Assembly: GCA_053919585.1 (NCBI GenBank)
Contig: CM132793.1
Reading direction: 5' to 3' (one strand)
DNA length: 64,000 nt
Source: Euprymna scolopes
Taxonomy: Eukaryota
Part shown: positions 52,253 to 62,781 of the stretch, piece after piece
Layout of the letters: the number at the start of each line of letters is the position of its first letter
Numbering within the stretch: the first letter of the stretch is position 1
Made by a program: the position numbers and the translations under genes
Notes under the pieces: model-generated
Database searches by the model: none
What the model was told of the DNA's origin: nothing
The model's input: the letters and a program-made list of their open reading frames with translations, nothing else

Positions 52253-54269
52253 GACTTGACTATTCAAAAGTTCAATGAATAATGGATTTTTATTTTAGGT
52301 AGGAACTCTTTAAAAGTTGGAGTTAAAAAACTTAAAACACAGAACTTTAATTATAAGATGTAAAGAGAGAGGGGGCAATTTAAATAAAGTTAAAAGATTA
52401 TAACGGAGAAAGAGTGATTAAGGAGAGAAAAAAGAGAAATAGAGAAAGAAAATAGAGAGAAAAAAGTATAGAGAAAAAAAATACATATAATATGGAGAAG
52501 AAAAAGAAAAAAAATATAAATGGTTATTATAAAGAGAATAAGGACTAGAAGGGAAAACAAAGAATGTTGAGATATAGTTAAAAAGAGAAAGAAAGAAGGT
52601 AAGAATTAATAGGAGGGGAATCTTAAAGGAGTTTCCAGTATATAGAAAAAGAAAGAGAAAAAAAAAGAGAAAAAAAAATCTGCGTGTCAACCAATTTATG
52701 AACAATTATACAATTCAGTAATGAGACAAGATTAGTACAAATACAATCTAAACGTTAGAAATAAACATGTCAAAAAAAAGACAGCGAATGTATCCAACTG
52801 ACATATTTATCATCTAACATACGTCCACGAGTAATATCAACGCAGTTCAAACATACGTCTACAATTAATTAAGCCTTTTATACTAAATGATGCAAGTTTA
52901 AAGTTTTCTCGTTTTAATTAAATGAATATATAAGTGAAAGAGAAAAATAATAATGAAAGAACAATNNNNNNNNNNNNNNNNNNNNNNNNNNNNNNNNNNN
53001 NNNNNNNNNNNNNNNNNNNNNNNNNNNNNNNNNNNNNNNNNNNNNNNNNNNNNNNNNNNNNNNNNNNNNNNNNNNNNNNNNNNNNNNNNNNNNNNNNNNN
53101 NNNNNNNNNNNNNNTATTATCTTTTTAATATAACATATTTAGCCATAAGAGGGGATTAAATAAATTAAATAGAACTAATAAATTATAAATAATAATCTAC
53201 TAATACTTATATATNNNNNNNNNNNNNNNNNNNNNNNNNNNNNNNNNNNNNNNNNNNNNNNNNNNNNNNNNNNNNNNNNNNNNNNNNNNNNNNNNNNNNN
53301 NNNNNNNNNNNNNNNNNNNNNNNNNNNNNNNNNNNNNNNNNNNNNNNNNNNNNAAGGTGTAACACTATACTATTAAGTTGAAAGTTTAAGCTAGTTAAAT
53401 ATAAATATAAAGCCATATTAAAGCGCAAATTAATACATTCAAGACAGTATTACTAAAACATAGATACAAGTACACTTACATATAAATATATAAATATATT
53501 CAGGCCAAAGAAAGTAGTTAAATCAACAGAATACTCAAAAGTAGCGACACACAGGTAGATAGTAACAAAATTAAAAATAGTAAAATACATATGTATATAC
53601 CCACAGAGAACCAACATACATACAAATATACATATATATATATATAATTTTATGTATACACATACATACAAAACAATACACAAACATATGCACACAGTCA
53701 TATACTAATATACAACAACGCACACACACATATATATACGCACACATAAATATGTATAATTCACATAAACCATATACATAGAAATACATATGAATACAAA
53801 TTATTTGGCCAGAGTACAGATAGATGCATATACACATAAAAGCATACAAATGGACTGAATAAACACCACCAGGGGAGCAAACAACAAAGGAGGGTATACA
53901 AAATAATATAGAAATGTATAAATCTAATTACACACGGTCATAAAATAAACACATAGACACATACATATACACATAGACACACAGGTATATAAGATAGGGG
54001 AAATAAAGAATGAAATCAAGCGAGGGGAAAGTATATTAATAGTATTTTAATAAATTATAGAAATCAGTGACAATTTTAAATTATAAATTTTATATCTAAA
54101 TTAAATTACAAATCTTTTAAGTAATTTAATACTTAAAAGATTTGTAATTTAATTTAGATATAAAATTTATATAAATTTCATTCTTTATTAGTTCTATTTA
54201 ATTTATTTAATCCCCTCTTATGGCTAAATATGTTATATTAAAAAGATAATAAATATTAATTTTATTCTG

Positions 54270-54307
<38 letters not shown>

Positions 54308-55071
54308 TTACTATTATTATTATTACTATTATTATTATTATTATTATTAATTTTAATATTGTTCTTTCATTATTATTTTTCTCTTTCATTTATATATTCA
54401 TTTAATTAAAACGCGAAAACTTTAAACTTACATCATTTAGTATAAAAGGCTTTATTAATTGTAGACGTATGTTTGAACTGCGTTGATATTACTCGTGGAC
54501 GTATGTTAGATGATAAATATGTCAATTGGATACATTCGCTGTCTTTTTTTTGACATGTTTATTTCTAACGTTTAGATTGTATTTGTACTAATCTTGTCTC
54601 ATTACTGAATTGTATAATTGTTCATAAATTGGTTGACACGCAGATTTTTTTTTCTCTTTTTTTTTCTCTTTCTTTTTCTATATACTGGAAACTCCTTTAA
54701 GATTCCCCTCCTATTAATTCTTACCTTCTTTCTTTCTCTTTTTAACTATATCTCAACATTCTTTGTTTTCCCTTCTAGTCCTTATTCTCTTTATAATAAC
54801 CATTTATATTTTTTTTCTTTTTCTTCTCCATATTATATGTATTTTTTTTTCTCTATACTTTTTTCTCTCTATTTTCTTTCTCTATTTCTCTTTTTTCTCT
54901 TCTTAATCACTCTTTCTCCATTAGAATCTTTTAACTTTATTTAAATTGCCCCCTCCCTCTTTATATCTTATAATTAAAGTTCTGTGTTTTAAGTTTTTTA
55001 ACTCCAACTTTTAAAGAGTTCCTACCTAAAATAAAAATCCATTATTCATTGAACCTTTGAATAGTCAAGTC

Positions 55072-55124
55072 GCTGCCTGATGATATCTGTTGTTTGATTG
55101 AAACAAGTGGCTATTTGTAGCAGC
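55072..55124 (+). ncRNA. Type I hammerhead ribozyme
   Basis: GCTGC CTGATGA TATC tgttgttt GATT GAAA CAAGTGGCTATTTG TA GCAGC; GUA triplet ends at 55119. Confidence 0.75.
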
Positions 55125-55157
55125 AGGATATAACCATGTTTATATAACAATAAACAA

Positions 55158-55232
<75 letters not shown>

Positions 55233-55234
<2 letters not shown>

Positions 55235-55862
55235 AGGTGACCCTCCCCAATAAACAAAAGATAAATGGAGGCCATCTAGAACATATGCTGTAGAATGGAG
55301 AAAAAAAGGCCAAAGACCATAATGTTTTGATGTGATGTTTTGAATATAATAAACTAGTTATGACCAAAGTTTTATTTCATTTTTTTTTACACAGTGATCA
55401 CCACTTATCAAGGCCCGGAAGCCACTCAGGGATAAGGGTTATTGCAAGTACATTACGTTAGTGTGGAGATTTGATGAAGTGTTTACTTAAGGGGGCGGTT
55501 CATTAGGAATGTGTTAACGTTGGACTTGAAGACATCCAAGTTGTAGTCAGGTGGGAAGCAGGCAGACGGAACAGAGTTCCACAGGCGTGCAGTTCTAAGA
55601 AAGAAGCTTTGTTCATGGAATCCGCGTTTTGATTTAGGCACAGATATAGATTGGGGGAAATTTTTCACAGTGGATTCAGCTAGGGGGGACCAAAGATTGG
55701 AGTTCAGACGAACACCTGCCATGGAAATAACGATAAAACAAGGATAGGCTCGCAACGTCTCTTCTGATATGATATGAAAAAAGTAAATAAGTAAAGGTAA
55801 TAAATGGGAATATGTTCTAGATGGCCTCCATTTAGTTTCTGTTTTTTTGGGGGAGGTCACCT

Positions 55863-55864
<2 letters not shown>
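55233..55864. mobile_element. Tc1/mariner-type MITE embedded in (TA)n
   Basis: About 55-bp imperfect TIRs CAAGGTGACC..AAATGGAGGCCATCTAGAACATAT; (TA)n on both sides. Confidence 0.88.
55380..55762 (-). mobile_element. Short LINE family A 3' copy inside the MITE
   Basis: Nearly identical to 40970-41385 apart from an internal deletion. Confidence 0.95.
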
Positions 55865-55917
<53 letters not shown>

Positions 55918-55960
55918 AATATGATTTACACACACACAATTATTATAGTAGAAAAATAGT

Positions 55961-56002
<42 letters not shown>

Positions 56003-56479
56003 AAAAGAGAAATAAAAGGGGAAACGTAAGATTCATACGTGCAAATATAACCTAAAATAAAATATATAATATTTACACGATAATGAAGTGTTTTGTTAAC
56101 ATTGTTTATGTAAAAAAAAACGAGAAAAAACTTAGATGTGAAAATGGTACATTTTCAATTTTAATTATTGTTAAACCAATATTTCTAGATGATATTTGAA
56201 CGTTTGTACTAGAAATTTTAATATAAAATGCACACTTACATACGAGGTATTAACGAATATTAATTGTTACAATACACGCAGTAATGGTTGATAAGAGGAA
56301 TAGAAAACTATTCTGTATTCTGTATTTTGCAGACAACTTTCCCATTTATTACCTTTACTTATTTACTTTTTTCATATCATTTTTACCGTAGAAGGTTTTC
56401 ACTGGATTGTAAGCAACCCTTTACACATATCAATTTATACGATTATATTTAAAAAAAAAAAACTGTGTTAGAGATTTTT

Positions 56480-58312
56480 TAAATTCCATTTTCACCCTAA
56501 ACAAGACAGTGTCACTTTGATGTAGGGAGCTACTATCGGATGCATAAATCTGGAGGAATAATATGTAGGGAATTGAGCAGCAAAATGTCTGTTCACATTA
56601 CACTTGAACCTCTGCATATCAGTACAGTTGGGAAAGCAGGAACCCAGACGGGAGTACCAAAGTCTAGCAGTTCTGGGAAAGAATCTATTAGAATAGAAGG
56701 CCTCTTACATCTAGATATCTCTACTGCGTAGGGTAGGGGCTTTGCTTCTTACCTGATTTATCAGGGGTATTTACATCGATAGGGGTTACAAGAGCTTGTA
56801 GTTCGTCGGAGCATCCACCATTAAAATAGTTTTAAAACAGGAGGAGAGATGCAACATTTCGTCGATGGAACAGAGGTTGAAGCTTAGATGAGCATTCATG
56901 ACCTATCAGATTGAAACCCTGTTCGGGGGCGAGATACTAGTAGCTAATGCACCAGCCCAAATGTGAGAACAATACACCGTACATGGACAAATGGTAGTCT
57001 TGTAAATGTACAAGATATATTAAGGTGTAAGTAATTTTCTAGCACGGTAGACAAAGCCCACCTTCCTTGCAGCGGCCCTGATAATGCTCTCAATTTATCT
57101 GTTCTAACTCATATTCTTTGTGAACGTTAAGCTGAGGAGTTTGAAAGAAGTACTTTCAGGCAATGTAACTTAAGCCATAGCTATTAGTGGTTGAGAAGGT
57201 TTCTTGGAGTTATTTAAGGAGAAAAGATTAGTCTTTACAGCATTGAATGTAACTTCTATTTTTGTCCCCATTCCACGACAGATTTAATGTCTTCTTCTAG
57301 TGTTTCTGCCATTTCCTTAGGTTTGTGTTCAGTTGTTTCCCCTTGTGCCGGTTACAGAGTGTAGTGTCATCAGCAAATATACCAATCTTTGAAACTATTT
57401 TATCAGGGAGGTCATTTATGAATATTAGGAATAATTATTTACTGAGGTACACCCGCGGTTAGATCATATTGTTTAGATATACGACCGTCGAGGATAACCT
57501 GGATTCTTCTCTTATTTAAGACGGATTGAATTATGTTAATTATTCGTCCTACGATTCCTTATGATCTGAGATTTTGAAGGACAATCGTGTCATACCATGT
57601 CGAAAGCTTTAGATATATCTATGTCTACCGTTCTCCCCTCCCATGCTTTGTCCACTGTATGGTATATACGCTTAGAGATTACAGTTAGGATATCTGATGT
57701 AGACCGAGCTTACAAAATCTATATTGTTGGTCTGTCAGAATTTACCAGCTGCAAGTTAATGGACTAGAGCTTAGTTTACTATGGACTCAGATATTTGGGC
57801 GAAAAGCGGGAGGTAAATTAATACGGCGATAAATTAATGGGTCAGTTTTTACGCCAGAATTCTTGTAAATTAGTACCACAGAACCAGTTTGTCAGCAAAA
57901 AGGAAGGCAAGAGTCGTTAAGGCATTTGTTGTAAAGTGTGGAGAGATCTGGACCAACATCAACCAAGCATTTTATTAATAGCATAGTGGAGATGATCGAG
58001 TCCACAGGATTTTAAAGTGTCTACGTTTTTATGATATCAGTCACCTGAGAAGGGGTGATTTTAATATCATCTAGTGTGACGACTGTCCGCAAAGGAAAAT
58101 TAGGGAAGGGTCCAAAGTTGAGTTTGAGACCAACCTGGACAGCATGATAGCTTTCTCTTTTTCGTGCAAACAACCTCATGATTATTGAATAGTTGTGGAA
58201 TTGTTCATTGCCCACTATTTACTACACTGCTGTCGGTTTTCCAGAAATCACGGGTTCCTAATTTCTGTGCTTCATTGCGTTTTCTAGTGGCTTCGCTATA
58301 TTCTCTCTTATC
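56480..58312 (-). mobile_element. Decayed LINE family B, RT half
   Basis: Homologous to 39265-44381; FADDTT, DISKAFD, ARLWYS remnants. Confidence 0.9.
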
Positions 58313-58674
58313 TGTCAGAGTTTTTTTTCTGTCTGTTTCGATTTACTCAAAACCGCACACACCTCGTCTTCTCATGTATCGTTCTCTTCTTCCTCTTCTA
58401 CTTCTTGCTCTTTTTCTTCTTTTCTCTTCTCAGTCGTCAGAAGCGTTGTCTTTGTCTTGACTACGTTTTTCCTTCTCCCTTCTTGCTCACAGTGACCCGT
58501 TTTTATGCTAAGCTGAACTCTCGTGTGTGCGAGAGAACACGAGATTTTGCGTGATTACTTAGCAATATTAACCGGCCGCCGCCATCTTGCCATTTTTCTT
58601 TGGACGTGCCCGCTTTGCAGAGTCCACACTTCGAGCGTTTGTCAGGTAAGCCCGTCTGTTCGCAATTTATTACA
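58313..58674 (-). repeat. 3' LTR
   Basis: Direct repeat of 62420-62781; outer terminus altered. Confidence 0.95.
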
Positions 58675-61600
58675 CACTCCCCCCTGATCTCATTATCACA
58701 GAAAGAGCAGGGAGGCGGTGGCCTTTTTCTTCGAGTGCTTCTTCGGAGAGGGGGATTCGGGGCTTCATCATCGTCTGAGCTGTCTTCCGTGACACGAAGG
58801 TCGGCGAACCTAAAGCTGAGCATCGCAGTATCACTGTCCGGGCCTTCATCATCAGCAGGAGGGTCACTACTTTGAAGGCTACCACTCTCAGTGTCGCTGT
58901 GCGTTGAAGCCGTCATGAACCAGAATGATGGGTCGCTCGTCACGGATTCAATTTCACTATCTTCGTCAAGCGGCAGCTGCGTTTGGAATACTGATCTTAA
59001 GTCTTTAATATGACGAGGTACTCCATCAACTCGCACCGCCTGCGGGCTGATCACTTCAGTGACATGAACGGTTCCGTAGCGAGTCGTGCACTGGCCTCGG
59101 GGTTTTTTAACCCAGACGACATCTCCCTCTTTTATGTTCTTTTGTGGTGGCTCCGGTTCAGGTAGTGAGCTGCTCTCCAAACCTCTCACCCTGACACGGT
59201 ATGTATGTAGCGCGTTGGCTGGCGCGGTGGAGGGTGAAACATCGTCCTTAGGGGTGACGTTGTACCAATAGACTGCTTCAGGTACCGTACACCCCTTCCG
59301 CGCTGCGATTGTCTTAACAGTTCTGTGATTGCGCTCAATAATCCCGTTTCCACTGGGAACATGGGCACACCGAAAACGCAGATGGACACCCCAGCCATCT
59401 GCAAACTGTTTAAACGGCTCACTAACAAAAGCGGGGCCATTGTCGGTGAGTATCTCAGAAGGAGGGCCACGCTCGAGGAACACACCTTCCAACTCATGGA
59501 TAATGGCAGCCGCGTCCTGCCGGCGAAGGGGCCGCCACAATGAAAACCTAGATGGTCCACAGTCGATAAGCGTAAAAAAATGCCTCCCGTTGTAGTGCGT
59601 TATGTCCATCGCAATCCTATCCCAACTACGCTTCACACTGAGTATTCCCTTCTTCCACCGGACAGGTACTGGCTCGATCGATCGGCAGGTGTTGCAGCTT
59701 CCCACAACAGATTTCACAGCCCTCCGAGACACAGAGGGGTCAACCAATCTGGCGAAGTAAAGCGTTCGGTTTACACCGGGGTGCCCGCTTTGGCAATGGA
59801 CATCATTAATATGCTCCGGGCTGAGTCTATGTCCCACTGCAGCGCAATTTACAGGTGCTGACTCGTTCACTTCTTTTGGCAGGTCTAGCCAACGGCGTGG
59901 CACTCTGGTCAGACGATCCGCCTGATTCAAACAGGACTGCACGAGTGTCACATCTATGACCAAGTCGTATTCCTTAGTGGTTTCGGTACGGGTAGTAAGC
60001 CGCCTCCGGATCAACATTTCGGCCGACGCCTTCGTTGTCAGACGTGCTTTTCCGTTCAAGGCATTGGTCATCCACCGATGCACACACGTGGAATCCGTGA
60101 TGATGTGAAGGATTCTAGCCTGCCACTGAAGCGCTAGATTGACTCCTTTCAGTGTAGCATCGAGTTCAGCTAGGTGTATATGCTTGGCGTCATTCTCCGG
60201 CCGAAGCCAGCAGGCATCTTCTATTATCCTTCCGTCGACCGCCAGAGCAACGCCAAGGGCAAGTGAGCTGGCGTCTACCCAAACTGTAAATTCACTCCCA
60301 TCGACGCACCAGCTCCCCCGTACAGGGTCATCATTGGTCACTCTGGCCACAACTTCCACCAGCATGCTTCGCAGGGCAGGATCATGCACCTCATCGTCCC
60401 ATCCAGTTGACATAGAAGTTGCCCGTCGCTTTATGGCCGCTACAGCCACTCGGAGCCACCCACACACAGGGAAGTGACCCACCAATTTTCCGCAAATGGA
60501 AAACGTGCTCAGACGTGTGATGGTAGATGGGATTTCCGGGATTTCACCACTCCTTCCCCATTGAAGGCCATCTGCACTTCCGCTCACCTGAAGTCCGAGC
60601 ACTTTCGCCCCATCTTGTAGCCGCTCCGGCTCCTTGCACGACAATCCGAAGTGCTCGAAGTGTTCTTTGACCGCCTGGGCAGACAGGAGGCTCTCATTGA
60701 CAAAAATGTCGTCTATATACGACGATGTCGCATGTTGCACCGCTTCATCTTGACGCCGGATCGCCTGCATGATTGCTATCATGATGTTAGGGGCTACATT
60801 CAGGCCGAATCCTAGCCTGGTCAAGCAATAGCGAGCTCCTTTGATCACCACCGTCTGGAACGGCCACAGCGATTTCTCAACACGTATTTGCAAGTACGCT
60901 CTTCGCAAGTCCAGTATGGCTGCTTCCGACCCCTGCCGCCGCCACTTCCGTAGTTTATGAGCACAGACATCAGCCCCCGCAGTGTGTGGGTCAACGTATT
61001 CATTAAGTTCCCGGTAATCAAGAATAGGTCGAACTTTCTGCTTGTCCCCTTGTCTGACAACCATCAGGGGAATTAGCCCCCGCGGGGGCCCGAGCTCATC
61101 CTCTGGGTATGGAACTAACCAGCCATTATCCAGCCACACTTGAAGTTCTGCCTCGTACTGCCCCCTAAGCCACGCAGGAGGGGGATACTCTGTAAGTCGA
61201 TTCCGCAATGACACTGGTGGCTGGTCGCCTGCCCATTTCCAGGACGCTGTCCAAGTGTTTGTGCCCTTATCGTATTCTGCATGGAAGTCGGGCTCATCGA
61301 GAGTGATTGCTGCACACATTTGTTTGTTTGGTCGAGAGAAACTCACATCACCGGCGCCGTTCACAGTAATTCCGTCTAGCTGTGTGATAGCGTCCATTCC
61401 AAGGAGAAGGTCATATCCGAGCAGCTCCCCATCGACCACTAACACCGCCACAGCAACCGGAGAGCCATTGCCAATGCTGATATGAACAACGCTGATCCCA
61501 GAACACACCAATGAGCCTTGGCCGACACTAAGTACAGGGATCCTTCGTTTCTTCCATGTGGCGCAATATTCCTTTCGAAGAAGGGTTTGGGTACAGCCGG

Positions 61601-61727
61601 TGTCAACCAGCGCTGAACGTTCACATCCATCAACTTGAACTGTTACTGCAGGCAGCGCTTTGTTCAATGCCGCGTTGGGGAGGGTGCTAGCGCTGCGGTG
61701 TCCTCCCCTTGCCCGTTTCCCGGACAA
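58503..61727 (-). CDS. pol: Pol polyprotein (protease, RT, RNase H, integrase), probably reached by -1 frameshift
   Basis: ALVDTG, LDLRRAYLQ, LGFGLNVAP, YIDDI, VDAS..ELDA..TDS, HHCC, MDI..TDNG..IERNHR; 1074 codons without a stop. Confidence 0.95.
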   Translation of the reverse strand: MSGKRARGGHRSASTLPNAALNKALPAVTVQVDGCERSALVDTGCTQTLLRKEYCATWKKRRIPVLSVGQGSLVCSGISVVHISIGNGSPVAVAVLVVDGELLGYDLLLGMDAITQLDGITVNGAGDVSFSRPNKQMCAAITLDEPDFHAEYDKGTNTWTASWKWAGDQPPVSLRNRLTEYPPPAWLRGQYEAELQVWLDNGWLVPYPEDELGPPRGLIPLMVVRQGDKQKVRPILDYRELNEYVDPHTAGADVCAHKLRKWRRQGSEAAILDLRRAYLQIRVEKSLWPFQTVVIKGARYCLTRLGFGLNVAPNIMIAIMQAIRRQDEAVQHATSSYIDDIFVNESLLSAQAVKEHFEHFGLSCKEPERLQDGAKVLGLQVSGSADGLQWGRSGEIPEIPSTITRLSTFSICGKLVGHFPVCGWLRVAVAAIKRRATSMSTGWDDEVHDPALRSMLVEVVARVTNDDPVRGSWCVDGSEFTVWVDASSLALGVALAVDGRIIEDACWLRPENDAKHIHLAELDATLKGVNLALQWQARILHIITDSTCVHRWMTNALNGKARLTTKASAEMLIRRRLTTRTETTKEYDLVIDVTLVQSCLNQADRLTRVPRRWLDLPKEVNESAPVNCAAVGHRLSPEHINDVHCQSGHPGVNRTLYFARLVDPSVSRRAVKSVVGSCNTCRSIEPVPVRWKKGILSVKRSWDRIAMDITHYNGRHFFTLIDCGPSRFSLWRPLRRQDAAAIIHELEGVFLERGPPSEILTDNGPAFVSEPFKQFADGWGVHLRFRCAHVPSGNGIIERNHRTVKTIAARKGCTVPEAVYWYNVTPKDDVSPSTAPANALHTYRVRVRGLESSSLPEPEPPQKNIKEGDVVWVKKPRGQCTTRYGTVHVTEVISPQAVRVDGVPRHIKDLRSVFQTQLPLDEDSEIESVTSDPSFWFMTASTHSDTESGSLQSSDPPADDEGPDSDTAMLSFRFADLRVTEDSSDDDEAPNPPLRRSTRRKRPPPPCSFCDNEIRGECVINCEQTGLPDKRSKCGLCKAGTSKEKWQDGGGRLILLSNHAKSRVLSHTREFSLA

Positions 61728-62398
61728 CTCCGCGCTATGTGGCCTGGCTTATTGCATTGGTGACACCGTATTACTTGTCGTGCTCCATAATTAGGGGTGC
61801 GCCTTGTACCGCTTTTGCAGTCTCTGGAAAAGTGGTTGGGGCCACCACAGGTATAGCATCGTAGACCCTTCGTTGGCGAGTCCAGAGTGTCAACAGCTGC
61901 GGAGACTAGTTCTCGATCGTCTTTCAAGATGTTTCGTGCTCTCGCCAATAACTCCTCCAATCCAATCTCAGTGAGTCTTGACGATGCTCGCAGCAGTCGA
62001 CTTGCCTCATCCGGAAGTCCCGACAAAAAGGCGCATGCCAATATGCGATCACTTGCACCGCCGAAGGGAGTGGCAAGCTTTTTCAAGTCGGCCATGTAGA
62101 CATCCACTGTCTCCCCCGGCCCAAGTCGGCGTTCGGAAAACTGCCTCCAGGCGACAAAAGGGTCTGTACCAAATGCCCCGTATAGCGCTTGTGTAATCTG
62201 CTCCATGGTCGGATCCTCCCCTAGCTGCTGGTACACGGCATAAGCCCCTTTAGTGAGTCTCAATTGGATAACCATATCTGGGTCTTTAATCTTGCACAAC
62301 CGGCAAACGCGCTCAGCCTTTCCCAGCCATTCGACCACCGAGGGACCAGTGGGGGAGCCATCGAATTCCGGAATTAATCTGATGTCAAATTTCTCCAT
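61664..62398 (-). CDS. gag: Gag with two CCHC zinc knuckles
   Basis: CYTCGGPNHFSRDC and CHQCNKPGHIARSC; starts 18 nt after the 5' LTR. Confidence 0.95.
   Translation of the reverse strand: MEKFDIRLIPEFDGSPTGPSVVEWLGKAERVCRLCKIKDPDMVIQLRLTKGAYAVYQQLGEDPTMEQITQALYGAFGTDPFVAWRQFSERRLGPGETVDVYMADLKKLATPFGGASDRILACAFLSGLPDEASRLLRASSRLTEIGLEELLARARNILKDDRELVSAAVDTLDSPTKGLRCYTCGGPNHFSRDCKSGTRRTPNYGARQVIRCHQCNKPGHIARSCPGNGQGEDTAALAPSPTRH
61670..61721 (-). promoter_or_regulatory. -1 programmed ribosomal frameshift signal
   Basis: G GGA AAC in the gag frame (61721-61715), 6-nt spacer, GGGGAGG/CCTCCCC stem; pol lies in the -1 frame. Confidence 0.85.
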
Positions 62399-62416
62399 AC
62401 CAAAGCCGAAATAGCT
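62399..62416 (-). promoter_or_regulatory. Non-canonical primer-binding site complementary to the tRNA-Phe 5' end
   Basis: Plus strand ACCA AA GCCGAAATAGCT directly abutting the LTR TGTAATC. Confidence 0.75.
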
Positions 62417-62781
62417 TGTAATCAGAGTTTTTTTTCTGTCTGTTTCGATTTACTCAAAACCGCACACACCTCGTCTTCTCATGTATCGTTCTCTTCTTCC
62501 TCTTCTACTTCTTGCTCTTTTTCTTCTTTTTTCTTCTCAGTCGTCAGAAGCGTCGTCTTTGTCTTGACTACGTTTTTCCTTCTCCCTTCTTGCTCACAGT
62601 GACCCGTTTTTATGCTAAGCTGAACTCTCGTGTGTGCGAGAGAACACGAGATTTTGCGTGATTACTTAGCAATATTAACCGGCCGCCGCCATCTTGCCAT
62701 TTTTCTTTGGACGTGCCCGCTTTGCAGAGTGCACACCTCGAGCGTTTGTCAGGTAAGCCCGTCTGTTCGCAATTTATTACA
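62417..62781 (-). repeat. 5' LTR
   Basis: TGTAAT...ATTACA termini; AGTAAA signal near its downstream end on the minus strand. Confidence 0.95.

Larger units (their letters stand above)
52163..55161. mobile_element. 3-kb non-coding fold-back element with outward-facing hammerheads
   Basis: 52163-53182 is the reverse complement of 54184-55161 with few mismatches; perfect 42-bp hairpin at 54082-54171; gaps at 52966-53114 and 53215-53353. Confidence 0.9.
58313..62781 (-). mobile_element. Apparently intact LTR retrotransposon (Gypsy-like domain order PR-RT-RH-IN)
   Basis: Two LTRs of about 365 bp differing at about 4 substitutions; PPT AGGGGGGAG at 58677-58685; uninterrupted gag and pol. Confidence 0.97.

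Noticed and set aside
49883-53428. ORFs containing X runs
   Set aside because: Artefacts of assembly gaps
52418-54944. Twin Phe-rich ORFs (MFINWLTRRFFF...) resembling membrane proteins
   Set aside because: Low-complexity pyrimidine tracts in the two arms of the inverted repeat
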